Origin: Marsupella aquatica
Lineage: Eukaryota > Plantae > Marchantiophyta
Direction of reading: 5' to 3'
DNA length: 64,000 nucleotides
Assembly: GCA_973895155.1 (NCBI GenBank)
Contig: OZ316894.1
Span: 438,089-502,088 of the forward strand
Under the pieces are notes generated by a model. It was not told the origin of the DNA. It ran no database searches and worked only from the letters and a program-made list of their open reading frames with translations. The translations under genes were made by a program, and so were the position numbers. Below are positions 1-10,896 of the stretch, piece after piece (the first letter of the stretch is position 1; the number at the start of each line of letters is the position of its first letter).

Positions 1-2
1 GG

Positions 3-2012
3 ATTCTTTTAGAATTTCTAGTGCCCATTCTCCATCCGAAGAGACCAACTATCTGCCCTGTGGCATTGGCGAATACTATCGTAGCTTCTCACAGTGGAGC
101 TATCCAAGTAAATTGGGCGTTGTTACTTTTCAATGTGATGCACGATCAGGTGAGAAGTATGAAGGCAGGCAGACCTACTTGTCTACAAGTCTATCTATCT
201 CAGCTGTATCAAGCACATGACTGTTTACATCCGGAGGAGAAAACAGAAAGGGGATTACTTCTGATCGAGTTGGACATTGAGGAAGAAATTAGTGTAGCAG
301 AATCAGAACAGGACATTCTGCTGAATTCCACTGATCAGGATGTTAATATGGACATCGATGTTAATATGGAGGATGTCTCGATAGGTGGTTCGGAATTTCC
401 CCCTGAACACAACATGGAGGTCATTTTATACTCTCCAAGAGAAATCAGTGGAGCAGATCAACTTGAAGCTGAAGGAGACGAGATTTTTCCTGAGCAACAA
501 GAAGTCGTTGTTGAACCAACTATTACTGCCATACGAGGAGTCACCATGCCCCCTTTTTCGAAAGCAGAGTCAAATCAGCAGCTTATTGATAAGTTAATCT
601 CTCTCTTCGGTTGCAGTGATGTTGAACTCTACGATGTTGTCTGTGATTTGAGATCCGAGGCAGTTAGCTTATCCTCTCCATTTCCAGATCAGCTAACCCC
701 TGTCAGGACCGCTTCTCCCATTGAGAGGTCAGCACCAGAAGAATTTGTTGCTCTCACTCCTACTGTCCCACAGAATCTACCTCCAGAGCCAAGTGAACCT
801 GTCTCAAGGATAGGAAACACAAGTTGTGTTGCAATTGTAACTGACCTACTGGAATTGCTTCAGTGTGAACCTGAGAAGATAATCTCTGTGGTTAGTGACT
901 TAATTCCGAAGTACACAGAATTCAAAGGCCCTTCCAACCCGGGTGACTGCATTTATAGTCCAGATTCCAATTATGAGCCAACCGAGGGACCTATTTATAC
1001 CCAACCACAGTATGAACATCCTTCTGTTAGACAGGATCTTCCTGAGGATTCTGATCCACCCTCTGATTTTGATTCCATCCGATCTTATGACAACTCTGTC
1101 GAGTCGTCACCAAGGCAAGGATTTGAGGATGTTGACACTACCTTAAGATCTGATCCAAATTTAGTGGCAGTTGTCACCTCCTCTACTCAAACACCCCGGT
1201 ATTCTGTCATTGAGAAAAGATATACACGACATCCAGAGTCTCAAGTGCAGAGGTACGTGGAGACTTGTAAGATAATGCAGGCCAACAGACCCCCAATTGG
1301 AGAGTTTTGGAGATACTACTACCTTAAGAAGACTGAGGCCAGTTACATATTTGACCTCAGAAGTTTCGGAACTTCAAGAGTGGAGATGGCTCAATTTGAT
1401 GAGTTCTGGACTGACTCAATCTACTTCCGACCCATCCTTGCTATGATGCTACTTCAAGGGGATGTAGAAGTAGAAGATCCAGATTTGGTTTTGGCCTATT
1501 TCGGGAATTTTGCAGCTTACGCTCTGGACTTTGTGATTTCTTTTCTCATGCAGAGTAAGAAATCCACTTCTCACCAGAACTCTTACATTCCACGAGAGCC
1601 GAAGGTTGTCCTTGTTTCCACCAGTTCCCTAGCTGAGAAACAGAGGATCTGGAATAATGTCACTACTCAGACCCTGGCTCATTTCAACCGATATTTTAAA
1701 GATGTCAGATGGAGACTTCGACCCTTCTATTCCAGGATGATGAATAGTGATGAGTTTCTGCATCACTATCCCCAAGTATATGCTGCCACCTGCAACAACT
1801 ATGATGTACTAGGGATATACAGAGAAGCTCTTCGTATAGATTCCTGTTATTTGATGAAGCGAATGCCTTTGATGTATCCTGAGAGACAACTAAGGTGCCT
1901 ACCCTACTCTCGAGGATCACCACGTCAGACTGAGCTGATGGAGGTAACACAGAATCGGACTGTCACCTACGTGGAGCTGCTCGAATCCGATGATATTCGA
2001 CAACAAGCTTGA
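3..2012 (+). CDS. Family B accessory protein, 5'-truncated by the window edge; retrotransposon extra-ORF-like domain plus acidic low-complexity region
   Basis: Frame is open from base 3 (ILLEFLVPILHPKRP...VNWALLL). It shares the [DE]F-x4-[LM]H-x3-P motif with the family A and C LTR proteins. At least 663 aa with no stop. Confidence 0.65.
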   Translation: MLLEFLVPILHPKRPTICPVALANTIVASHSGAIQVNWALLLFNVMHDQVRSMKAGRPTCLQVYLSQLYQAHDCLHPEEKTERGLLLIELDIEEEISVAESEQDILLNSTDQDVNMDIDVNMEDVSIGGSEFPPEHNMEVILYSPREISGADQLEAEGDEIFPEQQEVVVEPTITAIRGVTMPPFSKAESNQQLIDKLISLFGCSDVELYDVVCDLRSEAVSLSSPFPDQLTPVRTASPIERSAPEEFVALTPTVPQNLPPEPSEPVSRIGNTSCVAIVTDLLELLQCEPEKIISVVSDLIPKYTEFKGPSNPGDCIYSPDSNYEPTEGPIYTQPQYEHPSVRQDLPEDSDPPSDFDSIRSYDNSVESSPRQGFEDVDTTLRSDPNLVAVVTSSTQTPRYSVIEKRYTRHPESQVQRYVETCKIMQANRPPIGEFWRYYYLKKTEASYIFDLRSFGTSRVEMAQFDEFWTDSIYFRPILAMMLLQGDVEVEDPDLVLAYFGNFAAYALDFVISFLMQSKKSTSHQNSYIPREPKVVLVSTSSLAEKQRIWNNVTTQTLAHFNRYFKDVRWRLRPFYSRMMNSDEFLHHYPQVYAATCNNYDVLGIYREALRIDSCYLMKRMPLMYPERQLRCLPYSRGSPRQTELMEVTQNRTVTYVELLESDDIRQQA

Positions 2013-2193
2013 AGGAGACTATCTTTTTAGCTAGTATTGAAAAGTATAGTACTTTTACCAATTTTTCTAAATGTGTTGTAGAGCTTTAAAAGCTATGAGA
2101 CTTCTTTAGGCTGTAGTCTGTACCTAGGAAACCCTACTGGAAAAATTTCAGAGTTTTCCGAACCAGGAGTAGAAAGTTAAAAATAGTTGAATC

Positions 2194-2390
2194 TGTTGTA
2201 AACCCTAGTTTACCCCTTAACCATAGGGCGAGAACCCTTAACCATAGTATGAGAACTCCTAACCATAGGACCAGTATAAGGGCATTTGCCTACCATGTAA
2301 CCAAGGGGATATATATATCCCCTCATCAATAGTAATGGATCTATCTTGTTGGAGTATCTTTGAGTGTTCCTTTAGTTGTCTATTACAACA
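2194..2390 (+). repeat. 5' LTR of the copia element (197 bp)
   Basis: TG...CA with terminal inverted repeat; contains the perfect palindrome GGGGATATATATATCCCC (TATA-like core). Confidence 0.97.
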
Positions 2391-2404
2391 CGTTATCAGC
2401 ACGA
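2391..2404 (+). promoter_or_regulatory. Primer binding site complementary to the anticodon arm of tRNA-Ile (half-tRNA priming)
   Basis: CGTTATCAGCACGA abuts the LTR. Its reverse complement TCGTGCTGATAACG matches my recollection of the plant tRNA-Ile(AAU) arm TCGTGCTAATAACG with A34 read as G. Confidence 0.75.
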
Positions 2405-2749
2405 GCCAGTCTCTAAAAATCATTTTTTTTCAAGCAGATGCAATCGAGTTTTACACGAGGAGAATGCTCGTAAAGTGGCATTTTTTTTAGAAACTGCCAT
2501 AACCGTTTTTTTTCTTGGTCTCCATTCTTTTGCCTCAGAGTTGAATTTTTTTTACAAAACACGAAATTTCACATAGAGCATCAATTCGGGACCAGCATAT
2601 CGAGAGTCCAAAGGACTAATACTTTATTGGCATGATTGAAAGCTCCCTCAGCTCCATATACAAGCTTCCAACCGGTCAATTGTACAATCGAGATACTTCA
2701 CTCGATTCAATCTTCACCAAAGTTCTTAAACCAACTGACATCCCGAATA

Positions 2750-5700
2750 ATGAATACAGTCGAAAAATTATTATGGCCAGCACTTAAAGTCGACGGATCC
2801 AACTATTTGACGTGGATCACAGATGTCGAAACTTACTTTACATCACAAGACCTTGAAGACACCTTAGATATCGACATCGATGTCACGCTCAAACAAAAGG
2901 CTAAGGCAGCGTTTCTACTCAGGCAACATCTAACCCCTCAACTAAAGAATGAGTATATGAACGAAATTAATCCAAGAAAACTATGGGATCTCCTCAAAGC
3001 CCGATTTGATCATATGAGGGAGATATGGCTCCCAGAGGCAAGAAGGGATTGGCATAACCTGCGCGTCATGGACCACACCACAATTGCCAATTACAATAGC
3101 GCACTGTGCAGAATTACATCTCAATTAGAAATGTGTGGACATCCAATAAATGACATAGATAGAATCGATAAGACACTATCGACATTCCCTGAATCTAATA
3201 TCACATTAGGTACACAATATAGGAACATGCGTTTCACTAAGTACTCAGATCTGATTGCTCACTTACTTGTGGAAGAGAAGCAACAGATCGTGGCCTTGCA
3301 AAACGCCAGAAAGCGCCCAGCAGGATCAGACCCCCCACCACATCGACCTGAAACCCACTACACCAATTATGAAGACAAACAACGAGGAAATTACCGGGGC
3401 GGACGAACTCAATTCAGAGGCGGAAGAAACCAATTCAGGGGCGGGAGAAATCAATTCAGAGGACAAGGCAAACCTTATAACCGACCCTCCGGATCCAATA
3501 ACACGTGGCGCAGAGGCACCATGAATAATAGAGGAAGAGGACGAAGCAACCAATACGACACTGCAAACAATTCCCAGAAAATGTGTTACCGATGTGGCAA
3601 AATTGGCCACATTAGAAACGCATGTGCAGCCACAGCACAAGAGGCCCACAGATACATAAACGACAGAAATAAGTCCAGACAAAACCCCCAAGGACATTAT
3701 ATGGAGATAGAAGAAGAATTGATTGCCTCTCAGAGAGAAGAAACACAAGAACAGATAGAAGTACATACCTCTCTTACTGACTGGAAATACCCGACATTAG
3801 ACGACCCCGATACGGGCATCATCGACAGCGGAACCTCACATACTATCTTAAAACACAGCAAGTATTTCGAGGCCATCACCCCATCATCCCGCGCTATCAC
3901 CACCATAGCAGGACTTAATCATATAGAAGAAGGCAAAGGACGAGCCACATTTATACTACCAGGAGGAACTAAAATCACCGTGAAGTCAGCAATTTATGCC
4001 CCGAAAGCAACCCGAAACCTCATCAGCTTCCAGGATATCAGATCCAATAACCTCCAACTGCGCACGAATACTCAGGGCAAAACAGAGACATTACAGATCA
4101 TACAAGACATACAGGGTAAGCCATCCATTAGAGAAACATTTGCATTGATCCCCCCAGGCCTATACGCAACCAGTATCCAAACATTCCATATACACCAAGA
4201 ATCAGAGGATATGACATACATCTGGCACTGTCGACTGGGCCACCCGGGTACCACTATGTACAACAGGATTATAAGGGACTCCAAAGGAATCCCCAAGACA
4301 GTCAAGCCAAAGGTAAAAACAGCCTGCATAGCGTGCTCACAAGGAAAAATGACCATACGACCATCAATACCAAAAACAATATTTTCAATACCACAGTTCC
4401 TAGAGCAGATCAATGCAGATATCTGCGGACCTATAGACCCCCCGAGCGGCCCTTTCAAATATTTCCTGGTAATCATCGACTCATCAACTAAATGGCTGCA
4501 GATTTCATTGCTATCTACCCGCAACTTGGCATTTGCGCGGATCTTAGCACATATTCTTAAATTAAGAGCACAGTTCCCAGAGTATCCTACAAGAAGATTA
4601 AGAGTAGATGGAGCTGGCGAGTTCACATCAAGAACATTCGACGACTTTTGCTGGGCAGCGGGCATCGATACTCAATATCCAGTTCCCCACGTTCATTTTC
4701 AGAACGGTATAGCTGAGTCGGTTATTAAGAGACTTCAAATGGTGGCAAGACCACTGTTAATGAAGTCAAACTTACCCACATCAGCATGGGGACATGCCAT
4801 CCTTCACGCAGCTGCACTAATCCAATATAGACCGTCAGCATATAACTCTAAGACACCATACCACCTGGCGTTCGGCATACCACCGGACCTGTCCCACCTA
4901 CGCATTTTCGGATGCCAGGTAATGGTGCCTACCTTAGGACCAAAGAGAACAAAACTCGGACCCCAACGGAATGCAGGTATCTATGTTGGGTTTGACTCTA
5001 CTTCGATCATTAGATACCTTGAACCGACTACGGCAGACCTGTTCAAGGCAAGACATCAGGACTGCCATTTTTATGAAGATCAATTCCCACAGCTCACGAA
5101 TACAGCATCAACACAATCCAAGGACACAACGAAAATGCCCATAAATTGGAAAGCAGACCAAAACAGAAATGACCCCAGAACCAAGCAGGCAGACGAAGAA
5201 GTCAGAAGACTTCTCCACCTACATGAAATGCTCGAAAAGATTCCAGACTCATTTAACGACGCTGCAAATGTCACAAGATCCCACAACTTAGCAGCTAATG
5301 CGCCATCGCGAGTACAAACCTCCTCGACACCGGCCAATGTAACAGCCCCCAGAGCAAAGCGAGGCAGACCACCAGGGATCAAGGACTCCCAGCCTCGCCA
5401 ACATAACACTCCAGCAGCAAACTTGGGTACACCCGCGCTGGAACCAGCGATCACACTTAACGTGACAGCGATAAATCAAAACGACCCACTGAGCGAAGAA
5501 AACGAGGAAATGTCAATCACATACATGCAAACAGGTAACATATATAAACGACCGACAACCCAAATTGATGAACAATTTGCCTATAACGTAATACAGGAAA
5601 TCACCAACGATATTCCTGATCCGCTCACTATAAACGAGGCAAAGAAACAACCAGATTGGCCAAAGTGGCAAGCAGCAATACATACCGAGATGGACGCCCT

Positions 5701-7360
5701 CATCAAGCGACAAGTATTCGGACCATTTAAAATGGCATTACCAGGTACACATTACACCGACTCTCGATTTACATTCTTGAAAAAACGAAATGAGAAAGGC
5801 ATAGTAGTAAGATATCGAGCCCGGCTAGTAGCCAAAGGCTACACACAAATCCCGGGCAGGGACTACGATTTAACATACTCACCAGTAATGGACGCTACTA
5901 CATATCGCTATCTCACAGCACATTCAGTCCACCATAAACTGGTTAATAACCTTATGGACGTGGTAACCGCGTACCTTTACGGCACACTCGATACTGAGAT
6001 ATACATGACTGCCCCCCCGGAACTGATAGAGAGGGTCAAGCAGCACATTCAGGGGGAGACGTCCCAGAACCTGAATACAGAGATTAAAAAGGGCATCAGC
6101 CAAATAATACCTGATGGGGATACAAAGGCCCTCTTGATGCAAAGTGGAAATACACAGGCAATGCATACCAGAGGAAAGAAATTAACAACAAAACTTACAG
6201 TCCAAGTGTTACGTTCCATCAACGGACTTAAACAGAGCGGCAGAATCTGGTATCAGAAATTCCAGACAGAGATGCTCGCCCTCGGATTTACAAATAGCGG
6301 ACTGGCCCCCTGCATCTTCATCAAAAAGCATATGGACGAAGTCCTGATACTAGCACTGTACGTGGACGATGTGAACTTATTCGGGACTAAACAGATGATG
6401 AAAGACACAATACATACACTGAAAGGAGTCTTCGAGATGAAGGACCTTGGAAGACCCAACCACTGCCTAGGCCTGCAGATCGAACACTTAGAAACAGGCA
6501 TATTCCTTTACCAATCGACATACACGCAGAAGATACTTCATCAATTCAACATGCAGAAATCCTACCCTGTCTCCACCCCGATGGAACTCAGATCTCTAGA
6601 CCCGATCAAAGATATGTTTCGGAAGCGCCAAGAAGACGAACCCATACTGGGATCAGAAAAACCGTACCTATCAGCGGTGGGCGCCCTTATGTATCTAGCG
6701 AACCAGACGAGACCTGACATATCGTTCGCCGTCAGTCTCTTAGCGAGACACAGCGCACAGCCCACCATCAGGCATTGGAACGGCATCAAGAGGATCATGA
6801 GATACCTACAAGGGACGATCGACCTTGGACTATTCTTTCCTAAGAATAGCCCCGATACGCTTACCGGTTACACTGATGCCGGCTACCTGTCGGACCCCCA
6901 GGACTCCAAATCACAGACTGGGTACGTGTTCTTACAGGGGACGACAGCAATATCTTGGCGAAGTTCAAAGCAAACGATGACCACAACGTCATCCAACCAC
7001 TCGGAAATCATAGCGTTATACGAGGCGTGCAGAGAAGCTGTATGGCTACGAAGCATTATCAATCATATTAGGTCCAGCACCGGTAAACCACAGATAACAG
7101 AGCCAACCACAATCTACGAAGACAATAAGGCGTGTATCGACCAGATAACCAACGGAATCCTGAAGACCGAGAGGACCAAGCATATTGACCCCAAGTATTT
7201 CTTCACGCAAGAACAACAAGGGAAAAGTATCAATGTTGCATGGATCAAATCTCAGGACAATCGAGCAGACATGTTTACGAAACCACTACCAGCCGGATTG
7301 CACAGAGCGCACCTCGAAGGTATAGGCATGAGCAGATTGTCCACGATCAAGCCCACCTAA
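2750..7360 (+). CDS. Copia Gag-Pol polyprotein (Gag, CCHC knuckle, protease, integrase, RT, RNase H)
   Basis: First ATG at 2750 within the 1574-aa ORF. Motifs: CYRCGKIGHIRNAC, IIDSGTSH, WHCRLGH...CIAC, DICGP / DGAGEF / NGIAE, LYVDD, TDAGY...EDN...ADMFTK in copia order. Confidence 0.96.
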   Translation: MNTVEKLLWPALKVDGSNYLTWITDVETYFTSQDLEDTLDIDIDVTLKQKAKAAFLLRQHLTPQLKNEYMNEINPRKLWDLLKARFDHMREIWLPEARRDWHNLRVMDHTTIANYNSALCRITSQLEMCGHPINDIDRIDKTLSTFPESNITLGTQYRNMRFTKYSDLIAHLLVEEKQQIVALQNARKRPAGSDPPPHRPETHYTNYEDKQRGNYRGGRTQFRGGRNQFRGGRNQFRGQGKPYNRPSGSNNTWRRGTMNNRGRGRSNQYDTANNSQKMCYRCGKIGHIRNACAATAQEAHRYINDRNKSRQNPQGHYMEIEEELIASQREETQEQIEVHTSLTDWKYPTLDDPDTGIIDSGTSHTILKHSKYFEAITPSSRAITTIAGLNHIEEGKGRATFILPGGTKITVKSAIYAPKATRNLISFQDIRSNNLQLRTNTQGKTETLQIIQDIQGKPSIRETFALIPPGLYATSIQTFHIHQESEDMTYIWHCRLGHPGTTMYNRIIRDSKGIPKTVKPKVKTACIACSQGKMTIRPSIPKTIFSIPQFLEQINADICGPIDPPSGPFKYFLVIIDSSTKWLQISLLSTRNLAFARILAHILKLRAQFPEYPTRRLRVDGAGEFTSRTFDDFCWAAGIDTQYPVPHVHFQNGIAESVIKRLQMVARPLLMKSNLPTSAWGHAILHAAALIQYRPSAYNSKTPYHLAFGIPPDLSHLRIFGCQVMVPTLGPKRTKLGPQRNAGIYVGFDSTSIIRYLEPTTADLFKARHQDCHFYEDQFPQLTNTASTQSKDTTKMPINWKADQNRNDPRTKQADEEVRRLLHLHEMLEKIPDSFNDAANVTRSHNLAANAPSRVQTSSTPANVTAPRAKRGRPPGIKDSQPRQHNTPAANLGTPALEPAITLNVTAINQNDPLSEENEEMSITYMQTGNIYKRPTTQIDEQFAYNVIQEITNDIPDPLTINEAKKQPDWPKWQAAIHTEMDALIKRQVFGPFKMALPGTHYTDSRFTFLKKRNEKGIVVRYRARLVAKGYTQIPGRDYDLTYSPVMDATTYRYLTAHSVHHKLVNNLMDVVTAYLYGTLDTEIYMTAPPELIERVKQHIQGETSQNLNTEIKKGISQIIPDGDTKALLMQSGNTQAMHTRGKKLTTKLTVQVLRSINGLKQSGRIWYQKFQTEMLALGFTNSGLAPCIFIKKHMDEVLILALYVDDVNLFGTKQMMKDTIHTLKGVFEMKDLGRPNHCLGLQIEHLETGIFLYQSTYTQKILHQFNMQKSYPVSTPMELRSLDPIKDMFRKRQEDEPILGSEKPYLSAVGALMYLANQTRPDISFAVSLLARHSAQPTIRHWNGIKRIMRYLQGTIDLGLFFPKNSPDTLTGYTDAGYLSDPQDSKSQTGYVFLQGTTAISWRSSKQTMTTTSSNHSEIIALYEACREAVWLRSIINHIRSSTGKPQITEPTTIYEDNKACIDQITNGILKTERTKHIDPKYFFTQEQQGKSINVAWIKSQDNRADMFTKPLPAGLHRAHLEGIGMSRLSTIKPT
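3395..3463 (+). repeat. 21-bp coding tandem repeat (RGGRxQF x3) in Gag
   Basis: Encodes RGGRTQFRGGRNQFRGGRNQFRG. Confidence 0.8.
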
Positions 7361-7859
7361 TAACACTGAAGCTCGAAAGGATTACCCAACGACGAAGCTG
7401 TCGCCCGATGAAGCCGCCTCCAGATGCCCGACCACCACACTCGGCGAGCGCCACACCACATCCCCGACGTGAAACAACGCAAACCAACGCAAAAACGCCC
7501 GACTTGGCCTCACTAACCCAAAGCACAACACGAAGCGAAGCGCAATACGCAAAACGACATGAAGAACAACACGAGGCGCACACCAGGCAACGAGCTGAGG
7601 GGGAGACTAGACACCCATTAGGAACATTCACATAACCCCACTTAGCACATACGATCAACACTAACTAAGACATGGCAAAAAAGGCTTAACCAGGACATTA
7701 GATATGGGAAACCACCTATATAAGTGATGGTAGCACTCTTTCCTCGAGAAGAAAGCGGCGAGGTTTTAATGAGGCTACATCACACAGGTGGACCCCTAAA
7801 CCGGATTATACCCTAGGTTCAAGAGATGTGGTTACTTTATGCTCCTCCATAAACTAACC

Positions 7860-7868
7860 AAGGGGGAG
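7860..7868 (+). promoter_or_regulatory. Polypurine tract of the copia element
   Basis: AAGGGGGAG directly before the 3' LTR TG. Confidence 0.9.
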
Positions 7869-8065
7869 TGTTGTAAACCCTAGTTTACCCCTTAACCATA
7901 GGGCGAGAACCCTTAACCATAGTATGAGAACTCCTAACCATAGGACCAGTATAAGGGCATTTGCCTACCATGTAACCAAGGGGATATATATATCCCCTCA
8001 TCAATAGTAATGGATCTATCTTGTTGGAGTATCTTTGAGTGTTCCTTTAGTTGTCTATTACAACA
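7869..8065 (+). repeat. 3' LTR of the copia element (197 bp)
   Basis: Matches 2194-2390; followed by the TSD GAATC. Confidence 0.97.
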
Positions 8066-9068
8066 GAATCTACTCAATTTTTAGTATACTGAAATTAAGA
8101 GTTTAAGAGTTTAAGTTTTTACGTTTTTAAGAGTTTAAGTTTTTAAGAGTTTAAGAGTTCATACTTAGCCATTTTTTCCGGCTTTCCACTTATTGAATCG
8201 TCGTTTTGACTTTTTGAGGGTTATGAAGAGGCATGTATCTTCGACCCTGTGACCTCTTATTCTGTAGTTCATCACTATTTATACCTCTTCCCCTAGTGTA
8301 GAGAGATGGTTAAGTTCTGCATTTTTGCCTCCCTTTTGTTAAGTCTATTGATTCTGAACCTACGAGTTCTAAATCAGACTTAATAATTGGAGAGACTTAC
8401 CTCCTTCTTGTATTTTGGAACCCAAATACTTGAAGTAAAACCTCAGTTATGAATCTCGTGAATTATAATGTCAGATTCCGCTTTGGTGACACATTATAAT
8501 CTCACAAGTTCTTAGAGTTAACTCATTGAGTTTAAGTTACATTGGAAATGATGTTTTCACCTTCATGTTGCTTAGTACCATCTAAATGCTGAAGTATTTA
8601 TCCTTTTAGATCTTGACTAAGTATCACTTAGGAAGAAAGGTCAAGACATGTTGCCGGCATTTTAAAAGGATACTCTAGTATGCAGTTTAGATCTGAAAAG
8701 CCGTGTGGATTTGAATTTCCTTAAAGTCATTCCATTATTACTTATGTCTAAGGAGTAACCTTGGTCTATTCCAGACTCCCTTAAGCATACTCTGAGAGAT
8801 TTTTCCTTGTGTTTTGTTAATTGCAATCTTTTGCTTAATTGAAGGTTATCTGATGTTGAGTTATCATCAAAAACTACTCACCGCTGTGGAGCGATCTTCA
8901 AAGTACCTGATTAAAGTAATCAAGATTGATTACTATGTGTGACACAAGAGCTTAAAGCTTTGTTTTTAGTTTGTTACATCAAACCAACCCCATCTTGTTC
9001 TTAAAGGGAACGAATACCGAGTTTGGAGACTTTAAAATGTGATTTTTGGTTCTCTATGGCAAACTACA

Positions 9069-10896
9069 AGTCACAGCGGTGGTAGAATTGAAGCAGATGT
9101 TAGTAGAGGCCCCAGTCATGATAGCACCGGACTGGAACAAAGATTTTCATGTTTTTGTAGATGTCTCGGGCTTCTGTATTGGCTCAGTACTAAGTCAGTT
9201 GGATGAAAAAGGAAGGGACCATCCCATATACTTCGCAAGCCGTCAGCTTGCCGATGCCGAACGGAACTACTCTACCACAGAAAGAGAAGCATTAGGAGTC
9301 ATTTATTCTTGTAAAAAGTTTAAGCATTATTTACTAGGGTACAAGGTAATCTTTCATACCGATCATGAAAGTTTGAAGTACCTAGTCAATAAGCCGGACC
9401 TTACAGGCAGAGTAGCAAGATGGATTTTGCTATTACAGGAGTTTGACTATGAGCTGAGAATCAAGCCGGGAAAGTTACATGCCAATGCCGACTTCTTTTC
9501 AAGGATCACAGGTAAACCTGCCACGGATTGCATCGATGATCGATTCCCCGACGAGGAGCTATTCGTTGTGGAAATAGCTGGTACATGGTACCCTGAGATT
9601 TTACAATTTCTCAGCACTTCCAGATTACAGCCAGGATTAAGCCGAGAGCAAGCCGCAGTCTTTGTGCGGAAGGTCAGACAGTATCAGTGCATTAAAGGCA
9701 TACTGCACAAGCATGGAATCAACGGCACGATTCAAAGATGTTTGGAAAAGAGAGAGGTAAAACGAGTCCTACGGGCCATGCATGGAGAGGAGGCCGGAGG
9801 ACATTTTGCCCCAGTAACCACGTCTAAGAAGATATTAAATGCCGGTTACTGGTGGCCCACCTTGCACAAAGATGTCTATCAGTTTATCAAACAATGCGAT
9901 CCTTGTCAACGAGCGGGAGGACCAAGGGCGTCCACCAGGCATCCACTGCACCCTATTCTACCTCTGGCACCATTTGAGAAGTGGGGTATTGATTACATTG
10001 GACCTCTGAAACCACTGACCCACCCTCGACGGAACAAGTACATAATCCTGGCTACAGATTATGCAACTAAATGGGTAGAGGCCAGACCAACAATGAAGGA
10101 TGATGCAATTACTACGGCTAGATTCATGTATGAGCAGATCTTCACCAGGTATGGAGCACCCCTAGAATTAGTTAGTGATAGAGGAACCCATTTTTTGAAT
10201 GATATAATTAGTCGTTTAAATGAGCAGTATTTAGTTAAACATAGGCCTACTACTCCCTACCATCCAAAGGCAAACGGGTTGACAGAACGAGCAAACGGAA
10301 TTATAGGAAAGATATTGAACAAAACAGTAGCGCAGAACAAACTTGATTGGGACGATAAATTGTTTGCTGCTGTTTTTGCTTACAATCTTGCCTATAAATC
10401 CACTACCGGTCATACACCCTTCTTCTTAACCTTTGGACAAGAAGCCCTGGTACCCATGCAACTTGAGATACCGACATTTCAAGTTACAATTGAGGAAAGA
10501 GCCTCAGCGGAGGAGAGCCTAAAGGAGCGAGAATATAGGTTAGAAGCTTTAGAGGAAGCGAGAATGATTTCAGCCGAGAGAGTAGAATATAGACAGAATA
10601 TCATGAAGCAGCAGTATGATAAAAAGTTGAAAGTAGTTAGTATTCATACCGGTGATCTTGTGCTACTTTATGACAGTAGGTATAGTAGGTTTCCAGGAAA
10701 GCTTTACACTCGCTGGTTAGGACCCTTTAGAGTAACCATGATGTTCCCCAATGGCTCCGTACAATTGGCCAACATTACGGGAGAGGTATATCCAGTTCGC
10801 ATCCATTATGACCGCCTCAAGAAATACTATATGGACGAAGATGAAGTTGTTCGCGAGGACGCTTCACAATTAAGTGGGGAGCTATGTGATGCCTAG
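9069..10896 (+). CDS. Gypsy Pol fragment (RNase H, integrase zinc finger, DDE core, GPF motif; no chromodomain)
   Basis: VDVSG...YFASR...NYSTTERE...TDH; HGEEAGGH...CDPCQ; WGIDYIG, SDRGTHF, NGLTER; RWLGPF...RLKKYY. The 5' part is displaced by family B and the stop codon lies inside the LTR. Confidence 0.93.
10872..10881 (+). promoter_or_regulatory. Polypurine tract of gypsy family A
   Basis: AAGTGGGGAG(CTA) before TGTGATG; repeated at 32108-32117. Confidence 0.8.

Larger units (their letters stand above)
2194..8065 (+). mobile_element. Intact full-length Ty1/copia LTR retrotransposon, Bianca-like
   Basis: 197-bp LTRs at 2194-2390 and 7869-8065 (TGTTGTAA...TTACAACA), identical by eye. TSD GAATC at 2189-2193 and 8066-8070, PBS at 2391, PPT at 7860-7868, single uninterrupted polyprotein. 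Confidence 0.97.
1..9068 (+). mobile_element. Family B element: 3' part of a probable giant ORF-bearing LTR, interrupted by the copia insertion and itself inserted into gypsy pol
   Basis: Ends ...CAAACTACA at 9068, directly before gypsy RNase H-linker sequence. Region ~8430-9068 is homologous to 46066-46712 (minus strand), which ends at the same ACTACA terminus. I see no PPT+TG between the ORF stop (2012) and 9068. Confidence 0.6.

Noticed and set aside
3255-6798. Antisense and alternate-frame ORFs over the copia polyprotein (similar ones overlie the LTR ORFs and the LINE)
   Set aside because: Shadow ORFs of long coding frames with no independent motifs.
7240-7635. 131-aa ORF overlapping the copia 3' end as an env-like gene
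   Set aside because: No transmembrane segment or recognisable motif; composition reflects the A/C-rich 3' UTR.
9046-9068. N-terminus MVLYGKLQ of the 616-aa pol ORF as a true start
   Set aside because: These codons come from the family B terminus; pol homology to copy A3 begins at ~9069.
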